A stretch of DNA of 63,845 bases, the filler included, from Licmophora abbreviata (lineage: Eukaryota), in NCBI GenBank assembly GCA_900291995.1. It is 10 parts of 10 records of this genome, joined end to end, with 100 filler letters (N's around TTAATTAATTAA, not from the genome) between each part and the next. Parts side by side here need not be neighbours in the genome. Positions count along the whole stretch, not along the records: positions 3,989 to 26,272 come from OLMU01002616.1; positions 26,373 to 32,502 come from OLMU01002617.1; positions 32,603 to 40,364 come from OLMU01002618.1; 7 more parts are not named here. The stretch is one strand, 5' to 3'. Under the pieces are notes generated by a model. That model ran no database searches. It saw nothing but the letters and a program-made list of their open reading frames with translations, and was not told where the DNA came from. Both the position numbers and the translations under genes were made by a program. Shown piece by piece: positions 22,144 through 34,508 of the stretch; the first letter of the stretch is position 1, and every line of letters starts with the position of its first letter.

Positions 22144-23911
22144 ATGATGGCGGCGACGGCACGCGGCAGCATGTTTCCTTCCTTCTGTAGACTGTCCGTC
22201 TCAGTCAGCCTACTTGCCTTGATCTTTTTGACGCAGCTGGCGCATGTGCCGGCGTTCTCGGCAAAACCGAGATCTAATTCCTTCTTGAGGACGAATTCCA
22301 ACCACGAGCATGATTTGCTGTCAGCATCATCCAAACTAGCTGTACACGACGCGCTGCCCCGACAATCACCATCCACACTGCGCTATTCCACGTCGCTCTT
22401 TCACTCCAAATCTACAACAAAAGTAGCTTCCGAGGAAGACAGCGTCTGTACGATTCAGATTCTCATGTCCGACACTGGAGGTGGCCACCGCGCCTCGGCC
22501 AACGCGCTGCGCGACGCCTTTGAAGTCTTGTATCCTGGACGCATCCAATGTGACATCGTCGACATTTACACGGACTATGGCCCTTTTTGGCCCTTCAACG
22601 ACTACGTTCGACTTTACAAGTTCATGGCAGAATACTCTTTTCTCTGGGACCTCTTCTATCACCTTGGAGCGACTCCCTTCGGATTGTGGTTCAACGAAGT
22701 TGTCCTTGACGTCTTTTGCTTTGATTCGTTTCAAGAGTGCTTGGCAAGACCGTCTGGTGATTCTTTGCATCGTGCCGACATGGTCGTCTCGGTGCATCCG
22801 TTGTGTCAAGACTTACCCTTGAAGATATTGGCCAGTTTGGACTCGGGTGGACAGTCGCGACTGCCAGATGCAAGAACGACACCATTCGCGACAGTAGTGA
22901 CCGATCTGGCTGGTGCTCACCCGACGTGGTTCAATCCAAAGTGAGTTTATAACAACAACTACCGGTTACCGTTTCAAGCAACTCGGAACATGTGGTACAG
23001 GAACTGACCCTCTTTTATCGTATCTTCCACACAGCGTTGACAAATGCTTTGTTCCGACGAATGTTTTGTATCAGTGCGCCGTCGATCGAGGACTACAGAA
23101 ATCGCAGATTGTTCTTGATGGGTTGCCCATCCGAAAGGGATTCTGGGCTACCGGTGGAGCAACTGATAAAGTCAAGGACGCAGACTCGAAAGAAAAGAAC
23201 AGCATGCGAAAGAAACTTTCGCTCGATGCTGACTTGCCTACTGTCTTGGTCGTTGGCGGTGGCGATGGCATGGGCGGTATCCTCGATATTGCAACGTCGC
23301 TTGGAAACCAACTTGGAAGCAGCGCGTCGGAGCTGACGTATCAAATGGTGGTGGTGTGCGGTAGCAACGAGAAGGCACGAGCGGCACTGTCGTCAGTAGA
23401 ATGGGGCGATGGTGTGGACGTGACGGCGACAGGGTTTGTTAACAACATGGATGAATGGATGAAAGCATCCGATGTACTTGTCACCAAGGCAGGTCCAGGA
23501 ACGATCGCGGAGGCATCCATATGTGGCCTTCCATGTATGCTCTTTAACTTTCTGTAAGTAATGATGCAGTCCGGTTGGAGGCGCGTGCTCTATATTTGGT
23601 TGGGCATGATGCCAAGTCTCATTATGCACGCTTCCTCTTGTTCTCGTTTCAGACCTGGTCAGGAGGCAGGCAATGTGCCATACGTCGAAACTTCTGGGTT
23701 TGGGGAATACAGTAGCGATCCAAAGGTGATTGCCGATACTGTTGGATCCTGGCTTGCATCGCCGGACAAACTCGAGTCGATGAGACTTGCAGCGCTCAAG
23801 GCCGCTCGACCGAAGTCAACCCTGGATATCGCTAGAGATTTGGCCGGTATGGTATTTACACGAAGGAATGCCAGTCCGAGTCGACTACAGGAATCGACGT
23901 CGTCTTCGTAG
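22144..23911 (+). CDS. MGD: Monogalactosyldiacylglycerol synthase (GT28)
   Basis: ILMSDTGGGHRASA, VVSVHPLCQ, TVVTDL..AHPTWF, GLPIR, VGGGDGMG, VTKAGPGTIAEA, PGQEAGNV; introns 22941-23034 and 23554-23652; presequence VPA-F. Confidence 0.95.
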
Positions 23912-24555
23912 CTAGAGTACATGCATGTTGTTGCTAAGTTAAACATGGACGATCTAGCTCCAATTATGCTTGCTAATACTGGGATTATGTGAGGACGTAG
24001 CGTGCACGATTCGAGTTGCCGTGTTGCGCAATGAAGTGTAGTACAACTGCCGGATTTCAGAATGGTCGACCCGACTCGTCTCACTCTGCGCCGACAAGAG
24101 AGAGCGTCTACTACCATGCAAACAAAGGATGACGGGTCAGCAGCATCATGAATGCACAGACACTAGCGTGACTCGTCAATTTCGAAATTGACAAATCTCT
24201 TTCAAAAAGAGTCAGAGAAAAATCATTTTTATATTTTGATTTTTTTGCTTGGTTTTTAATAAATATTTTTGAGGATTGATTTGTTTCGTACCGATTTTGG
24301 TAGCTTTAATACTCATAGTACACTCTTTCTACACATATCTTCCAACCGGAGCTCGTAGTCAGGAACCGGCGCGGCGACGACTTGACTTTTTCATCACAGA
24401 AATCACAAATCACAACACAGCACATCTACTCTCATCACCTCATTGCGTGCAGAACAAAGCATCATCGCACTGCCTGTAGTCATCGCCATGTTCGCTGCCT
24501 ACTGCATTTCTTTTCACTTCGAAAGAGATTTTGAGTCACCACAGAGAAATCGAGC

Positions 24556-26063
24556 ATGAACGAGCAGAACGCGTCTTCGATGCGACGTATCGCGTTGTAC
24601 GCCGCGAGCTCGGCACTGATCCACTCGCAGCAGCACCTTGCCGATGAGCGGGACGTCCCCTTTGTCCCCTTTGATACGTATCCAGTACACGCGGTTGTGG
24701 AAGGCTTCTTTCCTTGGCTACGACGAACGCTAAGACTGTTGCTTGTCGGGAGCATTCTCGTGGCGTCCTCCATGATGATGTACGGGTGCTTGTTTTTGGT
24801 GATAATGCCTCCACGCCACGCGACGGAACAAGTGTACTTTGACTACACTTGCGAACAAGCGAGAGACTTTATATCGAACAATATCACTTCCTGTCCTGCA
24901 GCTGAGCTCGCAGCCTGTATTCCAATTGCATCGGTGGACTTGTTTGCCAAACACTCGCCCTGGAAGGCTCTGTTGCCAGACGTGGTGCCAAAGCCCGTTG
25001 CTGAAATTCGACTCATGACACCTGGGCAGCCCTACTTTGTTGAGATTTCCCTGACACTACCTGAATCGGAGCATAATCTGCGAGTGGGGATGTTCGGTGT
25101 GTCTGTGGAACTGCTTAGTAGCAACGGTACTGCTCTCGCTACTTCCATGCGGTCGGCGCGATTGCCGCACGAGAGCTCATGGATCGTCACCGTACGAAAG
25201 ATGACATTTCTACTGCCTCTCTTTATTGGGGCAATGACCGAGAGTCGATCAATCACTATTCCTTCCTATCGGCACTTTGTTGAGAGTTCTGCGTATCCAC
25301 TGGTGCGTATCGACTGCAGACGCTTGTTTGTTTCTTGTTTGATAGCTTGCTCGTTTGTTTGATGCTATGACATCTTTCTGTGTTGCCATCTCACATATGA
25401 TCTCGTTCGTGTTTGTTGATACTCAAACGTATCGAATGGTAGCAACACATGAAAGTGAGACTGGTACCGTCGCACAATGCTTGGCGGGACAACAATCCAG
25501 TGGAAGTCATTTCGGGTGAGATTTGGATCGGAAAGGAGCTGAGTCCGTTTCAAGGCATGCTAAAACACTGGTTTTATACGTGCTTCCTGGTTGGGTCCTC
25601 GGCAATACTTGTTGGACAACTTCTGTTGCTGTCTGTCGGTCGTTTGTGGTGGGACGAACGCCAGCGTCGAGTAGAATCTGAGAGGGCCGAAGCGGAAGTG
25701 GCCGCTCCCGAGTATCACGATCTTGAAGACGAAGAAGACACTAGCGCCGGTTTCACCGATGGGGAACACGAGGACGGTGAGGGAGGTGAATGGGAAGATA
25801 TGACATCAGATGGTCGTATTGAAACCCAAAGTGGGTCTCCGATCGAAGAACATTGGGTCGAACGGAATAATCAGCAGCGTAGAGTTCCAGCAGAGGAGCG
25901 GGAGTCGACAAGAAGGAACGAGTCGGGCGTGGAAACAGGGCAGACAATGGCACCGTTCGGCACACGGCATGTCGCGGAACATGCACTCGGGAGCGAAACG
26001 CAATATTCCATTTCGGCTACAGATAGAGCAGACTGTCACGACGAGCAGACAGCTTTGTCATGA
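24556..26063 (+). CDS. Seipin (lipid-droplet biogenesis protein)
   Basis: TM1, QVYFDY, GQPYFVEISLTLPESEHNLRVGMFGV, TM2, acidic tail; intron 25303-25442. Confidence 0.85.
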
Positions 26064-26432
26064 AGGGACGATGGATAAAAAAGGGAATTCCGAAGCATCT
26101 TGTTGTCTCATAATCTTATTTTAATATAGCGTCAGAAAGCCATTATGTATTCTGAACTTAGAAAGGAGGAGAGGTGCCGATCTGGATACATTCTGTTGTC
26201 GCGTCATTCGACTCTGAACCAGCTTCATCCTCCGCCCTGTAGGGCTCGAGCAACCACCTTCGAAAGCATGATNNNNNNNNNNNNNNNNNNNNNNNNNNNN
26301 NNNNNNNNNNNNNNNNTTAATTAATTAANNNNNNNNNNNNNNNNNNNNNNNNNNNNNNNNNNNNNNNNNNNNAGGGCTCGAGCAACCACCTTCGAAACAT
26401 GATGTGTTCACGTTGTTCTGCGGGTGCTGCCA

Positions 26433-27626
26433 CTAGTTGGCAGGCTCTTGCTTGACGAGATGGAGTCCCTTCTCCTTAACTTCCATCAGCGCCGTCTGAA
26501 ACTCAGGTCTTGGCGTCATGATCTCAATCGCGTCCTCGATCGATACAGCTTTTCGGCAACGGCCGCTCTCTGGCCATGATTCCTTCACATCCGAAACGTA
26601 CATGGGAATGAGAGATAGTCGAACCCAAGAGCAGTATCCCGTTGCATCCGAAGCCACCGACGCGGTCTCAGCCGCCCCTTCCGGCTTGGAGTCGCGTATT
26701 CTTGCTACTGCCTCCTCCGACATCGTTTCACTTGTCTCACTTGCATGATGCTGCTGATCTGTGCTCGGATTGGAGCCAGCGTCGGGGTTATTTGGGGTTT
26801 CCATCGACGACGCGGACATGTCCGGAGCAGGCGACTCTGTTGGCGTGCCGGTATGTACGGTGATTGGCGAGTGTGCGGTATCCGACAGAACAGCAGGGTC
26901 AACGCGACCCTGTTTTCGTTTCAGCTCTTCATGCGCCAAACGTCGTTTGCGCGATTTTCGAGTCTCGTATTGTATCATCGACAGCTGGGGGCCGAGCGTG
27001 CCTAGAATCCCCGCCTCCTCGTAAGTCTCGCGCATGGCGCTCTCCTGCATCGACTCATCGCTCTCCCATCCGCCCTTTGGGAGAATCCACTCTGGCTTCT
27101 GACGGGAAGAAACGAGTAGAATCCTGCCGTCATTAAGAATCGGAACGCACCCAGTCACGAGACGAAAGACCTGCTGAGTGTGTGGATCGGTTTCCCAGCG
27201 CTGAGTCTCGCGTCCCTGTCGAGACACTTCTTGCGCCAGAATCTTTGCATTGAGTTCATTGCGCGACTGTTGACCAAGCGCATGTCCGTCGCTGTCACGC
27301 GAGCACGTGGACGACCCCGACGAGCAATCCGTGGTGACGGCCACTGTGTCCTGGAGTTCGTTTGCCCTGTTGCCAGTGTCCTCCGTTGTAAAACAGTACT
27401 TTGAAAGCTCCTGACTGGTCATAGATTCGCTGGTCAGCGACTCGTCGCAGCACGTTATATCCAGCTTGGTCTTGCTAGAAGAGCTGACCGGGGTCGAGGC
27501 GCCCAGAGGTATCGGTACCTCAGCAACGGGCAGCGCCAGGTTATGAACCACAATGGGAGCGACTTTATGTGCCCCTGGGGCAGCCGGAGGGGACCCGACG
27601 CTCTTTTCCATCTGTGAAATTACCAT
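26433..27626 (-). CDS. Nudix hydrolase, diphosphoinositol-polyphosphate phosphohydrolase (DIPP)-like
   Basis: SRQGRETQRW, RLVTGCVP, ILLVSS, WILPKGGWESDE...AMRETYEEAG Nudix box, WPE..R. Confidence 0.88.
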   Translation of the reverse strand: MVISQMEKSVGSPPAAPGAHKVAPIVVHNLALPVAEVPIPLGASTPVSSSSKTKLDITCCDESLTSESMTSQELSKYCFTTEDTGNRANELQDTVAVTTDCSSGSSTCSRDSDGHALGQQSRNELNAKILAQEVSRQGRETQRWETDPHTQQVFRLVTGCVPILNDGRILLVSSRQKPEWILPKGGWESDESMQESAMRETYEEAGILGTLGPQLSMIQYETRKSRKRRLAHEELKRKQGRVDPAVLSDTAHSPITVHTGTPTESPAPDMSASSMETPNNPDAGSNPSTDQQHHASETSETMSEEAVARIRDSKPEGAAETASVASDATGYCSWVRLSLIPMYVSDVKESWPESGRCRKAVSIEDAIEIMTPRPEFQTALMEVKEKGLHLVKQEPAN

Positions 27627-28295
27627 GTGAAGAGCAGAGGAGAGGAAAAGGCAAGGAGTGGAGACCTCCTGTTCCACCGCCGAAGTTACGGGAGCTGAGT
27701 GGTCCGAGGAGCGTAGGGGCTGTACTAAGGCGTACGTGCGAACTCAAGGTGAATAATCACAAATCTAGCTTTGGAACGAAGCTGCGTCGGAGTAGGTAGA
27801 TCGAAGCAAGAACGACAGCCAGAAATCCAAGGGAGAGAACAGGCGTTCACAGCAACGTAGAAGTCAGAGGACTCCACTAGATCTAAAATCGCAACAGCAG
27901 TCTTCTCGTTCTGCGAAGGCAATTGTTGTTGGTTGACGTTCAACCTCATAACGCTCCCTGTGTTCTCTCTTCTTGAGCTGATGACGGCGACATCGCACAA
28001 AGCGACATTTTCGGGAACCTGGCAGGCGCTACTCTCTAAATTTCTACCTACGTACTCCTATGTACGATACACATATCTAACGCATCCGGCGAGCGCACGA
28101 GAGCCAGCAGTGCCAGCGTAAGAGTTTCGAGCTCTCTGTCATAAAGCTCGCAACTACACGCAGTATCATAGCACGACTATCACGATTGTTTGAGGGTTTT
28201 CATGTTGATACCGACACATAACAATCTCTACTATAGCCTCTCTAACCATGGGTATAGCTCATACACCTAACGTATCTCTCGCCCTTCTGGTTTAT

Positions 28296-29267
28296 TCAAA
28301 AAGAAATGTCTTGCTTTTGTCTATCAGCAGCGTTTGCAACGTGGTCGTCTTTTGTAAGAATTGATTCGAAGAATCCATGGTCGGTGCTGTGAAGTATCAC
28401 CGCAATAGCAACTGCCAGCGTTTTAGCATTGTCACTTTCATCATCCTTTCCCCATCCACCAACATGAAACTCGTACAGTAGCATTCGAGTTTCCCCGGGC
28501 CAAGCGGCATCCTGAGTATCCGTCAGCTGGTTGTAACCGCCTTTATGTATTCTCTCGTATAGATCCCAATGGCTCTGTCGATTGGCTTGTCCGACAATGC
28601 AAACGAAACCTCCTTTGGAGGTCATGTGATTTCTAGCTGTGTCCATAAGGGGCTGGATAAGATAGTGATAATAAGCCAAATCAGTTCCCAGGATACAATC
28701 GACCTCTCTCGGGTCTTCGACGGTATCTCTCCATTCAAGGCGTCGCGATGATACTGAATCGTGTTTTATGGCATTCTGATTTCTTGCTATCGTCCCACGG
28801 AGCGTTTCGACTACTTCATTTTCTTTGTCAGAAAGGGTTACAGACTTTGCAGGTGCAGCTGCGGCAACTAGACCGGCGAGTCCCAAGCCTGAACCCAGCT
28901 CCAAAATATCCTTCCCCCCAAACGCTGCGCGAAACCTTGGCGATCGGAGCAACACTGATCCCGCCAGCGCCGAAGGCCATAGAGACTCGCTCAAGCCCCC
29001 AATCCCGTCCGATCCCACGGGGAGTCTAAAATCGGCACAATCGGGATCACCAGTGCTGCCATCATCCGTATGCGTCCACTGAACCGAAACGTCGAGCCAG
29101 TCATCGCCCTGGTGGCGTCGCTCCTCAATCTCTCCTAGTACAGGTCCGTCTAGCCAGCCTTTCAGTTTCGATCTTCGAAATTCAGTAGCAAGGCCAGTCA
29201 CTTGAATAAAATGATGGGCGAATAGCACAGCAGGTATCACACAAGCCGACAGCGGATGCATCATCAT
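28296..29267 (-). CDS. Family-16 (METTL21/22/23-like) protein methyltransferase
   Basis: LWPSALAGS, ILELGSGLGLAGL, VTLSD, LEW, DCILGTDLAY. Confidence 0.8.
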   Translation of the reverse strand: MMMHPLSACVIPAVLFAHHFIQVTGLATEFRRSKLKGWLDGPVLGEIEERRHQGDDWLDVSVQWTHTDDGSTGDPDCADFRLPVGSDGIGGLSESLWPSALAGSVLLRSPRFRAAFGGKDILELGSGLGLAGLVAAAAPAKSVTLSDKENEVVETLRGTIARNQNAIKHDSVSSRRLEWRDTVEDPREVDCILGTDLAYYHYLIQPLMDTARNHMTSKGGFVCIVGQANRQSHWDLYERIHKGGYNQLTDTQDAAWPGETRMLLYEFHVGGWGKDDESDNAKTLAVAIAVILHSTDHGFFESILTKDDHVANAADRQKQDISF

Positions 29268-29478
29268 CTCATGGAGACAGATGAGCGAATGGAGTGTGGA
29301 ATGTGGGGCGCGGCGTCTCATGTTCGATGTCAACAGAGTTCGCTCTGGTGTCGCATGCGACAATGATCGTTGTAACATACTCGGAGTAGTCTACGATAAT
29401 AGGTCTCCGTTGTTTCTAAGATGGCCGTGTACCGACCTGCAGTACACCATCCGTCGTTGATCCTAAGAGCGTCCTAAG

Positions 29479-31575
29479 TTATGACTGCGAAGTGCGAGCT
29501 GCATCCACAAAGTCACGACGCACGCGCTTCCAATACCCGCCTTCGTCAACAGCATCGAGCGCTTCGGATGCGCTGGTAACGTCTGCTTGACGGATCTGGT
29601 GAATCTGAGAGAATAGTCCCTTCTCAATACATTTAGCTTTGTGAGCAAGAAAGCATGCCACCTGAAAGGCCGGAGTTAGATGCAATGACTGGACCTTTTT
29701 CTTCTTCTCGAAAGCAGTTCCATCCGTTTTTGTCCCCGCGTCGCCTCGGGCCACGTGAAAGATCTGTTGTGTGTCAAACTCGAACGTCCGCAAGTCGACC
29801 CCCTTGTGATGAAGAAAGAAGAGCATACGCTGAATGTCAGCTTCACCCGGTCGATAGTGACCAGAATGGGGATATTGTCTTGTAATGCAACCGTCGTCGT
29901 CCGTGATGATGATTCCAGCAGCAGCAACAGCCTTCCCCCCAAAGAACGACGAATGATGGAACCGCTGTTTGGAATGTCCGGATATCGACGTAATCTTCTG
30001 ATTACCGTAAATAGTATTGTCGCGAACCACAAAGATCCACCCATCAGGTCCCGTCTGCACGGGGTCGCCATCGACGTCCAACACGCGTCCGCGTCCCTCG
30101 TCATCGGGGATGATGTCGAGGATATACTGCCCTGTCACATCAGGATTCGTGACATATAGTACAGTATCAGAATCAAGTTGAGAGCGCGGACAGTCGGGTA
30201 GATTTGGCAGTGGCTCTCCTGCAGAGTCGCCCTTCGAATCAAGCCAATCGAAGAACGAGTTGCTCGGAAAGCCGAGTCGCTCCCACAACCGATAGTACAG
30301 ACGAAGATTTTTCCCGTAGCGATGATACTTGTCACTAACTTCTAACCACGCCTTACGGTGAAGTTGGGCGTAGTTTCCACGTTGAATACCGCGTTTCGTT
30401 ATCTCCGGTGGGTTCGAGCAGATTCCTCTGTACTCAAAGTCCTGTGTCGCCACGTCGTCGGGTAGCTTGTGGAGATAGCCGTGAGAAGTGTCGACGGACT
30501 GTTTGAATGGCCAGCGCAGGCGTGACTTCATCCTTCGATGTTCGCTCTCAACTTGCTTGCCGCTATGTTCATGTAAAGTTGTTGCCTGGGCTTCAAGTTC
30601 AATCGAGCTGTCGACAACGAGACCCTCGATACTGGCATCGTCGTCGTCCGAGCATCCGCTGTCGATAATTTCTTGCAGGTCGTCTCCACTAGTGGGCGGA
30701 AGCTCGCCGAGTGCTTCAGCAAATTGTTTTGCCTCTCTCAAGCGGCGGTCAATGCTGTCATTTCGCGTTCGAGGAGAAGCGACCTCAGTGGGCACGTCAA
30801 TCAGTTGTCCAATGTGGACATGGATGTTGTTTCGAGACTCCTTTGTACGCGTTTCGGCCGACGGATCTTCATCTATTCGAATCTCTACCTCAGGAGCCGT
30901 CTCGTCATCCGAGTCTTCTATAATGAAGTGCATCTCACTCTGGTCCGTCGGTGGCACTTCTCCCACAGCCTCGGCAAACTGTACAGCTTCGTTCATCATC
31001 CTCTCAATGCTTCGACTGCTCCTCAGCTTGTCAGCGACAGACCCCTCAGCTTCGGAAGCCGCAGGCAGTACATCATCGGTATCCCGTATATCCGATAAGA
31101 GTTCCTCGTCATCTCTCGTTGAATCGGTCCGCTCCCCGTACGCACGCACGTCCCCAGAAAGACACCTACGGTAAAGCATCTGTCGTCTTGCCGAGGATGC
31201 GTTAGGGTATCCAGCGACATCACTGTCCACCTCACGCTTCCCGGCCGTCGTATCTTCGACATGAAACTGAGTCCCGCTCCTCTCTTTTATAGGTGAGTGA
31301 GACTCAATTGTATCATCCAAAATAGTGGAAATACCGGCACTGCGGGGGTGCGCATGGGCGTTGTTCTCATTAGCCGAAAGTGGATACAAATGAAGAGAAT
31401 CTTGGACTCCCCGCTCCAGAATTGCGGCGTCGTCCTCCTTCATAAACAAGGATTCCTCCGTCATACTTAGAGGAGCCTTTTCCATCGCGTCAGAGTCGCT
31501 TGTGGATGAGTCCGTGGAAGGCAGAGGGAGCTCCTGCTTGACTTGCGGCGCCGGTGCCATCATGGCGGGATTCAT
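29479..31575 (-). CDS. IQM-family (plant IQM1-like) protein with long acidic N-terminus
   Basis: WLEVSDKYHRYGKNL, FFDWLD, WIFV, FHHSSFFGGKAVAAAG, PHSGHYRP. Confidence 0.8.
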   Translation of the reverse strand: MNPAMMAPAPQVKQELPLPSTDSSTSDSDAMEKAPLSMTEESLFMKEDDAAILERGVQDSLHLYPLSANENNAHAHPRSAGISTILDDTIESHSPIKERSGTQFHVEDTTAGKREVDSDVAGYPNASSARRQMLYRRCLSGDVRAYGERTDSTRDDEELLSDIRDTDDVLPAASEAEGSVADKLRSSRSIERMMNEAVQFAEAVGEVPPTDQSEMHFIIEDSDDETAPEVEIRIDEDPSAETRTKESRNNIHVHIGQLIDVPTEVASPRTRNDSIDRRLREAKQFAEALGELPPTSGDDLQEIIDSGCSDDDDASIEGLVVDSSIELEAQATTLHEHSGKQVESEHRRMKSRLRWPFKQSVDTSHGYLHKLPDDVATQDFEYRGICSNPPEITKRGIQRGNYAQLHRKAWLEVSDKYHRYGKNLRLYYRLWERLGFPSNSFFDWLDSKGDSAGEPLPNLPDCPRSQLDSDTVLYVTNPDVTGQYILDIIPDDEGRGRVLDVDGDPVQTGPDGWIFVVRDNTIYGNQKITSISGHSKQRFHHSSFFGGKAVAAAGIIITDDDGCITRQYPHSGHYRPGEADIQRMLFFLHHKGVDLRTFEFDTQQIFHVARGDAGTKTDGTAFEKKKKVQSLHLTPAFQVACFLAHKAKCIEKGLFSQIHQIRQADVTSASEALDAVDEGGYWKRVRRDFVDAARTSQS

Positions 31576-32212
31576 TGTCAATTTACAGTGGTGCGGCGCT
31601 CAGCCGTCAAATCATGAAAATGAGAGAACGTGAAGCGAACCTGCCGAAATTCTTGAAATCTTGCACGCTTTTTATGTGATTCACTCGACTCAATTCGCGA
31701 CGCGACTGTGGTGAATCGAATCTCGCCTGATCGAATCTCGGCGAATCTTCGACCCAGCCCGTCACCATAAGACTTTCTGAGTGAGTTTATAGAGTATAGG
31801 CAACCATTGGTTGCACTATGGTACTTAACATAAACTTAAAGACCTCTAGCTTCGATCATATGTACTGAGCTCTCCTTTAGAGAGCGAGCACGATGATACT
31901 AGCTAGAACACGACCTGTCTGGGGTCCTGCTAGCTTCTTGTGTCTTATCATAGTCGCCGAGAAGGACGATATTGCTTCGCAAGCGCCTGTCAATCGCCAT
32001 CTACTACAAGTAATGCACTGAGGCCTGAGCAGCTACAGCTCATCTGCCTTCAACGGTATTCTGTCGGCGGTGCTTACTGCTGATGCCATTACGGTTCGTC
32101 CACTCCGCGATCTATACTCTGTACCATATATCATGCCGTCTCTACCCCGTCTCTATTCGTGGTCTTCTACTCCATGTCATACAATCATTTTCATACCATT
32201 ATCTCCCTCTTT

Positions 32213-33795
<1,583 letters not shown>

Positions 33796-34508
33796 TCTGT
33801 TGGGTTGGATGTTGTTGAATGTTGATGTCGTTGTGGTTGTGGTTGTGGTTGTGCTTGAGTTGATATCGCTGATTGAAATTGTGAGCAATAGAACTGCGAA
33901 CACTAAAGAACGTAGCGGAAGTGTCATTTCGGAAGTGTGGGCTGTCAAAGAAAATGCGAAGCCATCAAACTCCTTGACGGCAATTGCGGTTCAGGTGACA
34001 TCGAAGACACGGCAGAGAAAAACTGTGTCATGTGGAATTTGCGCGGGACAAAAGCGTATCGATAGTTTCGCGCCATTTCATACGTCACCCGTGACTCATC
34101 ACTTTCAACCGTGCTATTTCAGTCGTGCAAGGTCTGTCCTTCACATCGGAGGACGTGCGCCGCAGGTTCCAAGTGGCGCATGAGCTGTGTCGTAGACGAC
34201 TTCACCATGGTGATGATGTTCATTGAACATTGATGGAACAGAACATCGCATTGCAACAGACGACTCTTTTTCCACTGGACTGGTGACGGGGCGCTATAAA
34301 TAAGTCTACTGACGTCCCAGCTCAGCCGGTATCCCATGAATGAGACAGCTCTGACGCTGTAGACTCGAGTGAAGCTGTAGACTGTACAAAGAAAACAAAC
34401 GGAGAGCTCTGAATCTTTTCGACCTGTCACCGAGAATCATTCGTGCTGGAATCAAAATTGCCCACTCTTCATCACTTTGAGGAATCTGTTGCACACTACC
34501 TGGAAACC

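Noticed and set aside
24180..24320. AT-rich island, possible centromere-like element
   Set aside because: Only ~140 bp long; more simply promoter or intergenic sequence
26241..26403. ~31-bp direct repeat flanking a gap, resembling a target-site duplication
   Set aside because: Overlapping contig ends that differ by one base. The same effect (14 bp) occurs at the HSP70 gap, where the reading frame is continuous
31700..31750. Clustered GAATC/CGAATCTCG motifs (similar at ~38135-38170)
   Set aside because: Short low-complexity repeats upstream of genes; they could be cis-elements but cannot be told from chance by eye
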